A stretch of 64,000 nucleotides of DNA from the human T2T-CHM13v2.0 reference genome, Homo sapiens, in NCBI RefSeq assembly GCF_009914755.1, contig NC_060930.1; one strand, given 5' to 3'. Position 1 is the first letter of the stretch. Every line of letters begins with the position of its first letter. The notes beneath the pieces are model-generated. The model was given only the letters and a program-made list of their open reading frames with translations. It ran no database searches and had not been told where the DNA came from. The position numbers and the translations under genes are program-made. Positions 13,359-27,227 of the stretch are shown piece after piece.

Positions 13359-14109
13359 AGCAGAATAAGCAGAATTCTTCGATACTGACTCTGCACCCAC
13401 ACACGTTGGTTCCAAGATGTAGAAATGGAAGCTTCAAGGCTTTTAACATCTGGACATCAAAACTGGAAGTTTTACTTTCACTGTATTTTATTGGTCAAAG
13501 CAGTCAAAGAGCCCACCCAGGTTCAAGGAGAAAGAATATGTCCCCACGTTTTCAACGGGATGGTGCCACAAAATTTCTAGTCATCTTAATTCACCACAGA
13601 TAGAAATATGAAGAGCTCATTTGTTATGTTATTTGTGAATGCAGACTAAAGATATTTGTTGGTTTATATAGTAGTGGGAAAATGAGAACTTTTAAAATAT
13701 TCAACTTTTAGCCCTTGACATGCAAAATGAGTTCATTACATGGTAAGGATGAGGGAGAAAGAAAAGATCTGAAAAAGTAGAAGAGTGATGGATTCAGAAA
13801 GTATAGGATGATTGTCAGTGTGATTGTTTTATCTAGCCACATATAGCTGTGTTGTATCAAGATGTAGAAGGCAGAGAGTAGGATTTATCAGGATTGTTGT
13901 TTGGAAGAGTGAGTACAATCATTACGAGGGAGCAAGGTATTGATCATGGAATATAAAGTGGGAAAAGAGGTAAGGTAAGAAGGATATCAGTAAAGTGAAT
14001 GACAGCATAAATATGGTAGAACCATTGGATTGGTGGCTCTGGAGGAATTGAATAATTATTAGACTTGAAGCATTAGATGGTGCATTAGTGAGGGCATCTC
14101 CAACTAAGT

Positions 14110-14790
14110 CTACCATCAAGTCATGGTGATTTATTATCTCAAATATATGACAAATTTATCTACTTATTTCCAAAACTCCCATATCTAGTTTAAGTAATCA
14201 AATTTCTTGCCTTGGCAAGCATGTTGCTTTCTAATTGACTCACCTGTATCCAATTTGAATTCCTTAAAATCCATTCTATACATTGTAACCATAGTGATAT
14301 TTACAAATGTGAAATCTGGTCAAATCATTCTTCTGCTTAGTAGTCTTGGATTTCTCATTCTCTTAGGAAGCATCTTCCACTACTTATTTCAGCATTATCT
14401 GCACAATGCTTCCCCTCACTTCCTCACAATGTGGTTTCAGGCACAACTCCCAAGGCCCCACTCTGGCCTCGGGGAGCAGATTGTTCCCCCTGCAGGAAAA
14501 CCTTTGTTCTCCACTCAGTTAACTGCTGTTTACCCTTTAGATCTCAGCTTCAGTGTTGCTTTCTTAGGGGAAACTTCTCTGACTCACATCAAATCCCTCT
14601 CTTATAGTAATTTTCATTGTATTTCAGAGTAATTTTTATGGTTGCAATTTTACATTTGTGTGATTGTTTGATTAATCTCTGTCTCCTCCACGAAAACTCC
14701 AAGATGCAGGAACTATATCTTACTGGCATCCAGCACAATACCTGGCACGTAGGTGTTCAAAAAATACTAATAGGGTAAATAAATGAATTA
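14110..14790 (+). mobile_element. L2 LINE 3' fragment
   Basis: Ends CCAGCACAATACCTGGCACGTAGGTGTTCAAAAAATA...AAATGAAT. Confidence 0.75.
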
Positions 14791-15329
14791 ATTTTATGCT
14801 TTTATTTTAATATTTTCATGGTATTAATATTTCTCTCTATGTGATATTTTGTATGTACATATTTTCTTTTAATTTGAAGATTTATAGTTTATTTTAGTTA
14901 TGTGCTGTATAAATTATATTTAGTTCTTTAATTTTTGTGTTATTTCCAAGGGTGCTCTCCATTGACTCTTTTAATATAGTTCCACTTTACCCCTTTAACC
15001 CACTTTCCTCTCCCACCGTCGTGATTCAACTTTATTTGATTTTGTTATTTTTAATTTTTCTAATAATGACCTTTATCTTTTAAAATAATATTTAATCACC
15101 CATAACATAATTTGTTGATTCTCTCCCACTGTGAAAGTTGAATGGACCAGAATATATTTCTACTATCTTTCTCTTCTTATTTTTGTTATGAATATAATTA
15201 GTCTTTATACAGTTATGGTTTGTAACATTTGCATTCTGTTCTTTAACCGCAAACCCCAGAACATTTTGATATTAGGCTTCAGAATGCTCACTTGTATCAT
15301 GTTATCTCTATTCATTTTTAGTGGATAGT

Positions 15330-15474
15330 TTTCTTTTTTAAGTTTTTCTGATAGAGATGGGGTCTTGCTATGTTGCCCAGGCTGGTCTTATCTTGAACTC
15401 CTGGGCTCAAGTGATTCTCCTGCCTTGGCCTTTCAAAGTGTTGGGACTGTAGGTGTTAGCCCCTGCGCCTGGCC
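15330..15474 (-). mobile_element. Alu left monomer (FLAM-like)
   Basis: AGAGATGGGGTCTTGCTATGTTGCCCAGGCTGG...CTGGGCTCAAGTGAT; one arm only. Confidence 0.85.
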
Positions 15475-18400
15475 TCTAATAGTTGTCTTCATTAAAGCCT
15501 CATGGGGACTCTATTTTTTTTTTTTTTTTGTGGGTTGTTTATTTTGTGTTTGTGAAGTCCGGTAAATTCAGTTGCATCTGCCTTGATATGGTCATACTAT
15601 AACATATTTTTTCTGGATAAAGATAAGCCCTTTAACCATTAGATTCAATGTTTTCTTCATTTCAGAAAAGTTTTCTTTTATCTTTGAATTTTTTAACCAG
15701 ATATTGTGAGCTCTTTCACACTAATTTCTCATTTGTTGGACCTGACTTTAATGTTACATTTCACCTTCTTGTGTTTTCTATTTTGTTTTGCTCAGGATAT
15801 ATTTAAGCCTGTCATTTATATTCTTATCTGTGTTTTTAGCAGCATTATTCTCTCCACTTCCCACTTTTTTTCCTGCTTTTATTGATCTTCATTTCTTTCA
15901 TGGTTGTCTTTACTCATTACATCCTGAATTTTGCCAGATTATTTTTTATCACTTTATTTTGTATTTATTTTCAATTATGTCTTCTAAATATCATTTCAGA
16001 GAGAAAACATTTTAGAGAAGGCATATTTTTAAAAAACATAGAAAATTTGATCCTATTTTTTACTGCTTCATGGTATAATTTGTATGTTCTGTACCTTATG
16101 TAATTTTCCCTTTTTCTTCTAGTATTTTTATAAAGGTCATCAAGTTTTATTTTTGTAATACAATTATTATAAATAATTATATAATATTATTAGTCTTTGA
16201 ATATTCTAGATACTTGTGAAAGGATATTGTGGAGGAGGAGCTGGGGGTAGTAAGTATGATGGAAGGCAGACGAGTTTTGGAATCTTGTCGCCAAAACACT
16301 CTCATCTGTTAGAATGACTCCTAGGCTATAGGATTGACTATGGCTTAGAGTGGATTCATAGTTGTTAATTTCATCATGTGACTTGTGACTTATCCTTTTC
16401 TTTTCATAATAGAATGAAAATTGCCATCTGTCTGGCTTCTTCCCCATCTTTTTGCCTTCTTTCATTACACCACACACGTGTCCTAATTATTCCAAAGGTG
16501 ATACATTTGCATGTTTCCCTTTAAACTCCTTTCCCTCTGTCACTCTGTGGAGGGTTCACATGCTGCAATATTTCTGTTCCAAGTAAAGATCACAGGTTTT
16601 GATCCTCAGTCCTCAGTATACACACCTCTTTTAGGGATTTCTGGGCTTCTTGACTAGCTCAAGCTCTTCAGAGGCATGCACTTTATCTTGGTGTTCAGTC
16701 TTGACTGGTTTAAACTTTTGATGTCCAGAAGGTTTTCTTCATGTGTTGTTGTGTGGAATTGTAAATATTTTCTAGCTTTTGTAAGGTTGTGGCTCATATT
16801 TATATTTCTCCTGGTTTGAAAGAAGAGAGAGAAAGAAGTATGTCAAATTGAGACTCTTAGATTGGAAATCTGAATTTATTTACACGATTGAGATTGATCT
16901 AGAGTTTTATTTTTTCTGCTGTAACTGAAATTTGGATTCAAGATTATATGTGTTTTGTGAATATGTTTGGTAACATTGTGACTTTTCTATAATTTAGGGA
17001 AGTTTGATGTAGGAGAAAGAGAAAAAATTTTTGAGAGAATCCTAAATTCATATATGGCCTAACCTTTTAATATCTATGTAATTTTAGATAATAAATAATT
17101 TGTTTGAGATTATGTGGCTCTAACAACACCTGCTTCACAGTGTAATTATGAGGATTTCATAGAATTTGTATAGTGAGCGTTAGTTTTGATGTTACTTTAA
17201 ACCTCTTTGCCTTATACATTCTGTTTTTTCCATGGAATATTATATGATTTCATGTCCACATATTAATCTCATACTTTCAATTACATTTTATGTTTAAATT
17301 GAATATTATGGTAATCGTTATGTAAATGATTAAAAATTTAAAGGGACAACATTTAATGTTGCTCTGGAATTCACCTTTAGTCATAAAATAAAGATTTAAA
17401 GTATCATCTGTAGACAATGGCAAAAGGCTTTTTTTGTCATAAGAAAATCAAATATGCTTTATTTCACCCAATTAACAGTTTCTGGGCTTGGCTATCCCGG
17501 GAAAACCAAAATGACCATAGGCGGTAATTCCCCAGGCCGTGTGATCTCAGTCTGGCATTCTCGGATCTCCAAGGCATCACTTTGGCCACTACCCTCTGGG
17601 GCTGTGATTAGCAGCTCTCTTCCTGTTTTATGCAGCTCTGTGTGTATGTCTGCAGTGATGCCGTACTGGATCTGGTTCATCTTGTGAGAACTATACCTAT
17701 CTGAATTTTTGATGATGCTCTTTTCTTAGTTCCCTTGGCAAAACAGGTAGGTGAGGGATAGAAATAAAATCTATACTTAGTAAATCGGTGAGCCAAGGTC
17801 TGTGACTGGCAATGAGTGAATTACATTCTCCTCAGTTGGGTGCAATGTCTGCCTTCTGTGTGGCCATTTGCTGTTGCCACTAGAGAAGGAGGATGCAGCA
17901 GGGATCAGGCACCGTGGAGAAAAGTCGCCGTGTGTAGGCAGCTAAGAATGTAGGAAAATGAACATCTCGGCTCCCAAAGGACGAGAATAAAGCTGTAGAA
18001 GAATGTCAGGGAGGAATCTGAGTTGATCGTATGACTATTCATCCTTCTTCCCACATTTTCCCGACTGTTTAGCCCTACTTTTCTTCGCGTTGGGTCTCAT
18101 TTTCCTTCCTGTGTGGCCTGTGCCTTATGGTCAGCGCGGACGTCCATCAGTCTATCAAATGCCTAGAAACCTTTCGCCCTTTGTCACCTTCTGTGTCACC
18201 CAGCATTCCCCTTCTCAGCCCTTTTCATTCTCATGGTGGAATCCTTTTGGTTTGATTTCAAGGGTCCAGCACTGTTGATGTCACAACAGAGTGGCATGGA
18301 AAGTTTCTGAAAATTTTGTCATCTAACCTCTCGTGGGGACTTTTAATTAATTCAGCTTTTGACAACTCCATCACATTCATTATATTATCCATTCATTCAT

Positions 18401-19644
18401 TCATTAATACATTTGACATTTATAATGTGTGCCAACAATGTGCCAGGTCAAAACTGCCCACTTACAATGTAGAACATTTCTGTAAATTTTATTTCAATTT
18501 TCTTGTATTTCTTCTCCTTTATTCTACCATCCCACTTGATCTTCTGCCACAGAAGTTCTCTTCTCTCTCTCTTTGTTCTCTCTTCTCCTCCTTTATTCTT
18601 GATACCTGCTTCTGTGTTGGCTCCTCGAGGCCAGCACTTGTCCTCCTACCTCTGTGATGTTCTGTCTAGTTTATTGATTCCTTTTCCTACTTTACATAAT
18701 CAATGTGGATAGTTTCTATAGTTGGGTCTTTGCTTTTTAATCTTTTTTTCCTGTGTATTATTTCCTTCAGGGACCTTATGCACTCTTACACATCCGTCTA
18801 TTATTTTTATATGGATTACTATACAATTACATGTTGAATTTGTACTTTTCCCCCATATATCCTGTCATATGTTTTCACCTGAGCATCTCAATATCTAATA
18901 CTCTTATTTGCTTAAAATACACGTGATTATTTTCTCCACCCTGACATATTTTATGTTCAACTTTCTAATTTCTAAAAATGGACCTACCATTGTCCTATTT
19001 ATTCTTGCTTAAATCTTGATATTTTCTTTGAGTTCATGCTCCTTCGTATTCACTCCAGCTGTGATAAGTCACCAATCCTTTGGGTTTTTACTTACCAGTA
19101 TATCTATTTCTGTTTCTATAGCCTTAAAGCTGGAACTGTGTAGTCCCAGTTCCTCTGTGTAGCCCCCCAAGTCTGCTCTATTTCAATCTTCTCTTAAGGG
19201 AACTCCTTCCCTCCGTTTTTCTTTTCCTCCATTTGATACATCGCACTTATAGATGGGGCATCTTCCCTAATTACTGGCTTCATCCTCAATTCCCGGGACC
19301 CATACCTTCACTGGCTTCCTAAATTTATTTAATAATTCTCATATACCTTTGAGAAGTTTCTAATGATAGGCAACAAATGAATATTGACTACCTTTCTTAT
19401 TTTCCTTTATTCACCAAAATGATTTTTAGGATGTAGACAATCTGTATGCTTCAACATACACCAAACTTACCATTTTTGAAATATTTTACAATCTACTTGA
19501 AAAGACTTCTTTAGACCCTATATTCATGTATTGTAATATTTATCCTCTTTTATGGCTATACTCAAATGCCACATCACTATAGTGCCTTCCCTCATCACTG
19601 TAGCTATCTCTTTTCACTCTACTTATATTGTAGAGGATTTGTTA

Positions 19645-19733
19645 CACTTCTTGAACTGCTGATCTCAAGCGATTTGCTTGCTTTGGCCTCCCAAAGTGCT
19701 GGGCTGACAGGCGTGAGCCACTGCACCTGGCCT
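19645..19733 (-). mobile_element. Alu 5' fragment
   Basis: GGCCTCCCAAAGTGCTGGGCTGACAGGCGTGAGCCACTGCACCTGGCC. Confidence 0.8.
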
Positions 19734-20764
19734 GATTTGTTCCACTTCTACTATATGCATCACACATGCCTGATGCATATTTTAATGCACGTTGGATAAG
19801 GATCGGCTTTGTACGACTTCAGTCTTTCTTGATGTGTGACACCCACTTCTATTTTGGCTCCACTTTAACAAAATGAATAAGTGAGAAGGTAATACTGGAA
19901 ACAGAACATAACTGTGACTAGGAATTTGGTCTTGACTCGCCATTTAATTTTCTGATGTGCATGACTGTTTTCTTCACATGTGAAATTTAACATGAGGTTG
20001 AAACTGGAGAATTTTATATTTTTCATGAAAAAGGCAATTTGGGAGAAAAGTCCATTTTCCTGAGGATAAGGTATTGTATGGTTTGACTGCTTTGCCTTGG
20101 CTGGTCAACACATTTGTACACCTGGATAGGCACAGTTTTCAGAAATCCTTTCAAGCATCTACCAATTCTCCTGTCTACAAGTTTACCTTCCTCCCATTTC
20201 TCATTCCTAATGACAAGGGAAATATCCAGTGTTATCTGAAGTGGTCATAAAAGACATTTTTTTTCTTTTTATGTGAGGAATTGAAACTTATGGCTTTAGA
20301 TTATGGGGCTTACCATCAAGGAAAGGGCGTAGCGTGGTCAGAGGACAAAACTTCTTCCTGCATTTCTCAGGAAGTCTTTGATTAGTGTGTCCACCTAGGA
20401 GCAATTTTTTTTGGGGGGGGCACTGGGAAATATACTTAAGTGATTAAATCCAAGTGTAGACATGAGAGCTTTACCTAAAGCCAGGTCTAATTACCATACC
20501 TGAGAATCAGGGAGTATTTAAAATTTGAGAAATAATTTTCTATACTTGAAAGTCACTTATGTAGGTAGGCCTCAGATTATAATAAATAACATTTATTGTG
20601 CTATACTATGTGGTAGGTATGAGGTTAAGTATTTTTACCTATATTATATCACTTATTTCTTACAAATGGAGCAAGGGAGCAAGCAAACAAGGGAGGTATT
20701 ATTATCCCTATTTTATGTATTTATGTATTTATTTTTGATTTCTATTCTTTTGGTTTTTTTGTTG

Positions 20765-20960
20765 TTTTTTATTGATGTATCATAGTTGTACATGTTTTGG
20801 GGTACATGTGATATTTTTGATACATGTATACAATGTGTAATGATCAAATCAGAGTAATTTGGATATTCATCACCTCGAATATTTATCTTTTCTTTGTGTT
20901 GGGAACATTATAATTTTTCTCTGCTAGCTATTTTAGAATATATAATAAATTATTGTTCCC
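20765..20960 (-). mobile_element. L1MA 3' end within a MIR-like element
   Basis: GGGGTACATGTGATATTTTTGATACATGTATACAATGTGTAATGATCAAATCAGAGTAATT. Confidence 0.75.
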
Positions 20961-21176
20961 TATGATTTCTCCATTGTATAATTGAATACTAAAATTTATT
21001 ATGTCTATCTACATATCCCCAGTTCAATAACTATAATTTCTCTGCTGTGCAATCAAATACTAGAACTTCTTCCTTCGAACGCTATATCCCTAATTCAATA
21101 ACTAGTAAACTGAAGCTCAGCATGGTCTAGGAACTTTGTTACGTTAACACAGCAAGTGAGTGTTGCAGCCTGGATC

Positions 21177-21339
21177 CAAAAATCAGGCCTGGTCGACCTC
21201 AAAGTCCAGATTATTGACCTTTCTACCATAATGTATGGAGGTAAGTTTGTGAATTTATTCAAAAATCAGGCCTGGTCAACCTCAAAGTCCAAATTATTAA
21301 CCTTTCTACCATAATGTATGGAGCTAAGTTTGTGAATTT
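21177..21339. repeat. Two-copy 83-bp tandem duplication
   Basis: CAAAAATCAGGCCTGGTC...AAGTTTGTGAATTT starts at 21177 and at 21260, with about 4 mismatches. Confidence 0.9.
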
Positions 21340-21768
21340 TCATAGTTTTAGGATTTGAAGATAAAAGAGGTGAAAATTTGGAAATGGTTTCTGGACTTTT
21401 GAATTTTGGCAAACAGCTATGTGATAAGTCCACCCTGCAGACCCACAACTTTTGGAAATAACTCTACTGTGATCTTCAGTAGCAGAAGCTGCTCCTGGGG
21501 TGGTAGAACACAAGGAAAACACACACTAGTAAAAATTTCATGTGCCTTCTTTGTTCTGTACATGTGTTTCTCTTGATTAGTATATGGTAGTATCCTCAAA
21601 TCATAGTAACAAGTATACTTTTTCCAGTGAATTGCATGTGTATATTATTGTATAGTATAAAAGGCAATATTTCCATTTATTATCATCTGTGCTTTTCAAA
21701 GAAACTCTGTGAGTCCAAAAGGGCAGATAATAGAAGCAACTGCCCTTTCTCTCCCCCTTTAAATGCAA

Positions 21769-21876
21769 CCCAATGTCAAAGTCCGTAGCATCCCCAGATG
21801 AGTGTATTAAAGGTGAGAAATTCCCAAAGTCAAACTCAGTAGCATCCTTGAATGAGTGTATTAAAGGTGATAAATT
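21769..21876. repeat. Two-copy 54-bp tandem duplication
   Basis: CCCAA(T/A)GTCAAA...GTAGCATCC...ATGAGTGTATTAAAGGTGA(G/T)AAATT at 21769 and 21823. Confidence 0.85.
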
Positions 21877-24800
21877 TATTTTATGTATGTTCTTTTTAAC
21901 CTGTGTTCTCAGAAACAGAGACTACTGTATTTCATCCTATCTTAGTCTTGCTTAGCAGTTTCTCTTCTCCTTTGAGGCTCTTTTATTTTTAAATCATTGT
22001 TCATATCTTCTAATCTCCCCTTTCTCCCATTCTTCCCATATTTTTAATCTTTTTTTAACTTTATCTCTGTTCTACTTTTTCTGTATTTCAAATTGATCCA
22101 TAGACTTTAGAAAAATGAGTTGAATGCTGGCTGTAGGCTGTCTTATCCCCAGCAAGAAACATGTTGTAAAGTCTTAGTACCTTCCCACTGGAAGATCATT
22201 AGTCATGGCTACTATGTTTTTAAATGAGAATTGTTTTAATTATGCATTTTAAAATTATTGGAAAACATGAGGGAGAGGAATGAACCATAAGTAATAAAGA
22301 TTATTGACTTGAAGTTAAGACCTTACTATGATCTGGGATTATTAGTCTTACTTGTCAATCGAGAACTATCCACTTTCTATTCATTTGTGGGTATCTAATA
22401 TGGTTATATACACAGAAGTAATGATAATTGATATGAAAAGGTCTCCTCCTGTTATATCAATTTAGGTATTTTTCACACATTGTATACCTCATTCTTCTCC
22501 TATTCAATTTTCACTAATTCCTAAAGGGTCAGGTCAATGTCCTTGGCATAACCTCCTCCACCTGTTCTTAATGGCAATCGTCTCTTCTGCCCTCCAATAT
22601 CTATAACACTTTTTTCTTTAAAACTCTTTGAATGTTTATCTTAATACTCATTTGATATATATTGTATACCACATATGATTGTTTGTTATATGTACAATAC
22701 ATGTTTTTTCAACTTTTTTTGGTTCTTTCTATTTACAGGAATTAGAGAAAGAACAAATCAGTGTGAAGGAGAATTGTCAGTAAAATTACAAGAAAAGATT
22801 GAGATCATAATTGACCTTTGAGGATAATAAAATTTAAAGACCAAAAGGATGGACTTCACAGAAACATGACCTTAGGTTGTTTTTGCAGTTGTAGTAACTG
22901 GTTATATGACCAACAAAATATGAAGAATGGGTACAAATTCTGATAGTAATGATCAGTCACTTTGCAAATATAAAGCTACTATTTACTACTGTATTGTACA
23001 GGTTCAATAATCTTTGTGTACACATTTTATGTATTTATTGTCAGGCTGCTATATAATTCAGTATTTATAATAGATACTATGTATAGCAATCTATGGTTAG
23101 TTTTGGTCTTAACCAGGAAAAATCACTCTTTTGAGTTTTGCTGTTTTTACTAGATTATTTTTACTGGATGATTGCTCATATTATTTGATTATTATTGCAA
23201 TTTGTCTTTCTGGAATAGGAAGCAAGAGGCCTGAATTCTGGTTCCTATTCTATCAATTGTGTGAATTCTGGAAACTCAGTTTACTTTTCTGGGCCTCATG
23301 GTTTTCATCTGAATGATGACCAACTTGGATAAAATGGTCTTTATATAATTTCGTAGGCATTTCCCTTCCCAAGGGCTTGAGTCTTTTTCAACAGTTATAG
23401 AGTTTTCCGGTCCCTCTTCCCAGTGCCTCAGCACCTTGCTATTCATGTTCATCTGATCAGTTGTTTGCATGCTGACTTACATTACCCTGATGGGCAGTAC
23501 CTGTGGCTGTTTCTGCTCCCTCACCCAGTCCATAGGCTTCTGGTTGTAAAAAGTGTGCATCTTGAGACTGTGGACAGTTAGCTCCAGAGGTGACAGTATA
23601 ATCACTTCACGTAGAAGAGGATAGAGAGAGACTCATGCCAGTGGTGGTGAGCAAGTATTAGAGATATGATGTGTGCCTCTGTGAGTTTTGGGGTCTAAGA
23701 TAAATTATGGCACTAGGAAGATGGTCCTTTGTGTCAGAAGAACTGGAGTTGTTGGTGCAAAAAAGTATGATGTCAGCATAGCAGTTTTATTTGTACCTCA
23801 GCAACTTCTAAAATAATCTCTATTAAGTGTTTTCAGGAACTACTTTCTACTATAGGAAAATCATTGAGGTGAGTATCCATCTGGACACAGAGAAATATAA
23901 CACTGTTTTCTGCTCACCCTCCACTTCACATATAAATACAACATGTGTTAAAGGACTAAATTTCTAGTGTCACAGTTTGTACTTTATAGTTTGAAGTCAA
24001 TAAGAAAGCTCATATACCTTCCTAAAAGTCACTTGTTAATGTTTGATATTAATCTAATTTTATCATAAATTAAAAGTATAAAACTACAAATTTCTTAAAG
24101 ATAAAATATCCAAATGGATTCAGTCAAATTAAGCATGATAATATCAAATATCAGAATAGGTTACCATGCAGGAGGTACTGAGTACTTAAAAGGATGGGGA
24201 ATGCAATGAACATAAAAGCTGGTACCAAGGGGAGGAGGAGACAGCGATGAATTAAAACATTATCTTAACTAATCCAAGTGCTGGTCTTCAATACTTTCAT
24301 GTGTATAGACAAAGAGAAACTGCAGAGATTTCTCACAACCTCTGTGGCCATTTTATGCATCTTAGCAAAAACTCTGGTGAAATCCCTCCAAAACATATTT
24401 ATTAGGCATGGAAAAAGCCTTACATGACAGGTGGCATAGGCTCCTTATGAAATCACTGCAGGATGGGAAGCCATTTAGGGCTTCGTAATTGTGAAAGATT
24501 GTATAGAAACTGAGGCACTTAAATAGCAGTGAGCATGAGAAAATGTGGTAGATAATGGTGGTGATTCTATTTCTTGTGAAAGTCCACTTACTCTGTTCTG
24601 CTACAGTTGTGGGCTTTCCGATTTCACATACCCCAGTCTCTATATTCTGTCTCAATCCACAGCCTACCTCAACTAAGTCCGTCCCAGGCACCTCTTACTG
24701 CAGGTGATAATCCATCTGTTAATCATGTTTTCCTCTTATGTCTACTTTCTGTCAGAGAATTGTGGCTACAAACTGGGAAGGGAAGGAAATTATAAGAATA

Positions 24801-25104
24801 TGTATAAGTACAAATGGAATATGTTGGAAATGAGGAATAGTTAATATCGCAGGTCATTTAAACACCTGATGAATTTCATGGATAGTCAGGAATCTTGTTC
24901 TTACCTAATCTGTTAATTTTAGATCAGACATTACACTGAAAGTATTGATGATGGGTTTAAATCAGGTTGCAGCTCACATGTTGTGATAATATTATGTTGA
25001 TTTTTTGTTTTTAATATGTGAGGAACAGAATAACTGTATACTATTTATTCATAGTGACATTGCAATATTGATTTTAGTACATATTATTATCTTCATAATC
25101 ACAA

Positions 25105-25146
25105 TTTCCTCCCCATTTTCTTAGTTCTCATAATTTTAGCCACAGC
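25105..25146 (+). promoter_or_regulatory. Splice-acceptor region of the OR coding exon
   Basis: Pyrimidine tract TTTCCTCCCCATTTTCTTAG..TTTTAG|CCACAG| about 20 nt before the ATG, typical of OR genes with upstream non-coding exons. Confidence 0.5.
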
Positions 25147-25162
25147 CCAGTTGGCTGGACCA

Positions 25163-26100
25163 ATGGATGGAGAGAATCACTCAGTGGTATCTGAGTTTTT
25201 GTTTCTGGGACTCACTCATTCATGGGAGATCCAGCTCCTCCTCCTAGTGTTTTCCTCTGTGCTCTATGTGGCAAGCATTACTGGAAACATCCTCATTGTG
25301 TTTTCTGTGACCACTGACCCTCACTTACACTCCCCCATGTACTTTCTACTGGCCAGTCTCTCCTTCATTGACTTAGGAGCCTGCTCTGTCACTTCTCCCA
25401 AGATGATTTATGACCTGTTCAGAAAGCGCAAAGTCATCTCCTTTGGAGGCTGCATCGCTCAAATCTTCTTCATCCACGTCATTGGTGGTGTGGAGATGGT
25501 GCTGCTCATAGCCATGGCCTTTGACAGTTATGTGGCCCTATTAAGCCCCTCCACTATCTGACCATTATGAGCCCAAGAATGTGCCTTTCATTTCTGGCTG
25601 TTGCCTGGACCCTTGGTGTCAGTCACTCCCTGTTCCAACTGGCATTTCTTGTTAATTTACCCTTCTGTGGCCCTAATGTGTTGGACAGCTTCTACTGTGA
25701 CCTTCCTCAGCTTCTCAGACTAGCCTGTACCGACACCTACAGATTGCAGTTCATGGTCACTGTTAACAGTGGGTTTATCTGTGTGGGTACTTTCTTCATA
25801 CTTCTAATCTCCTACATCTTCATCCTGTTTACTGTTTGGAAACATTCCTCAGGTGGTTCATCCAAGGCCCTTTCCACTCTTTCAGCTCACAGCACAGCGG
25901 TCCTTTTGTTCTTTGGTCCACCCATGTTTGTGTATACATGGCCACACCCTAATTCACAGATGGACAAGTTTCTGGCTATTTTTGATGCAGTTCTCACTCC
26001 TTTTCTGAATCCAGTTGTCTATACATTCAGGAATAAGGAGATGAAGGCAGCAATAAAGAGAGTATGCAAACAGCTAGTGATTTACAAGAAGATCTCATAA
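25163..26100 (+). pseudogene. Olfactory receptor family 4 subfamily F pseudogene, OR4F3/F16/F21/F29-type (OR4F8P/OR4F8BP/OR4F2P/OR4F28P class; exact paralog not determinable)
   Basis: ATG at 25163 ([17 protein letters not shown]...). OR motifs [48 protein letters not shown]; TAA at 26098-26100. Length 938 nt. One base missing at 25541/25542 (TGT AAG > T-T AAG) gives a premature TGA at 25559-25561. Confidence 0.96.
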
Positions 26101-26319
26101 ATGATACAATAAGCCCTTCTCGTTAAACATGATATGGCTTTATGTTTCTTTCTTTGATATTTTAGATTCAGGAACTATGAGACATTATGTATTGATTTGA
26201 ATGTTATTAGACCTGTAACATAATTCTTATCTGATGAATATATGATGAATATATTCCTTGTTCAAAATGAGTCATAAATTCAACACATCTCTACATCTAT
26301 ATTATGCCCATTTAATTTC

Positions 26320-26930
26320 TTTCAGCAATGTTTTGTAGTTTTTGGTGAACAGGTACTTTATGCATATGTACTTTATATTTATCTCTAAGTTTTATATTTC
26401 TGATGCCCTTTTAAGTGACATTTTTATTTCAATTTACAATTGTTTATTCTTAGCTTATGGGCACATAATAGATCTTTGTTTGACATTATATCCTGTAAAC
26501 TTGCAAAACTTATTAGTTCCATCAGTTTTTTATAGGTTATGTAGGATTTTCTTTATAGATGATTATGTTGTCAGTGAATAAAGACATTTGCTTTTAAAAT
26601 TCTAGTATGAATTCACTATATTCATTTTGTTGAATGCTGAGTAGAATTAGTTAGAGCAGACATCTTTGACTTGTTCCTGTTATGAAATATATTAAATATT
26701 TCATCATTAAGTATAATGTTAGCTATAATTTTTTTCATAGGTACTCTTTAACAGGCTGAGAAAGTTTTCTGTATTCACAGTTTGCTGAAAATTTCTTTTA
26801 TCTTTAGTCAGGAATGGATCTTGGATTTTGTAAAGCTTTTTCATTTCAGAATCAGGGTAATGCTGGCCCTTTAGAATGAGTTGGGAAGCATCTGCTCTTC
26901 TTAAATTTTCTGCCATAATTTTGTAGAATT
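26320..26930 (-). mobile_element. Old L1M ORF2 remnant
   Basis: TTCAGCAATGTTTTGTAGTT, TATCCTGTAAACTTGC, GGGTAATGCTGGCC...GAATGAGTTGGGAAG. Confidence 0.65.
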
Positions 26931-27227
26931 CATATAATTTTTTTCTTTAAAAAGGGAAGTACTTAAGTATTTTTTCCCATAAGTTACCCATAAGTAAATC
27001 TAAAGGAAAGTGGGAAACTTTGATACGCATTGGTTGCCCCCTGGTGGAGATTTCTGGGTTCTTGATTATTTTAACACTGGAGATAGAATCTGGTGGAATG
27101 ATGTCAATGCTACCGTGATTAAGAGGTGTGTAGGAAATGCTTCATGTAAGAGAGAAAATAGTCTTTATGAGAATCTGCCTGGTGGAAAGGAGTTGGTGCA
27201 ACAATAACAATATAAATTAGTGAAAAA

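Noticed and set aside
17492-17680. 62-aa protein-like ORF (MNQIQYGITADIH...)
   Set aside because: No family recognised, and ORFs this short arise by chance in GC-richer sequence.
23367-23376. EBF/Olf-1-like site TCCCAAGGGC as an OR promoter
   Set aside because: A single short motif without a clear paired homeodomain site or TSS evidence is expected by chance.
25151-26100. Intact OR gene, or two independent genes
   Set aside because: The two ORFs are halves of one OR separated by a 1-bp deletion; the real start is ATG 25163, not TTG 25151.
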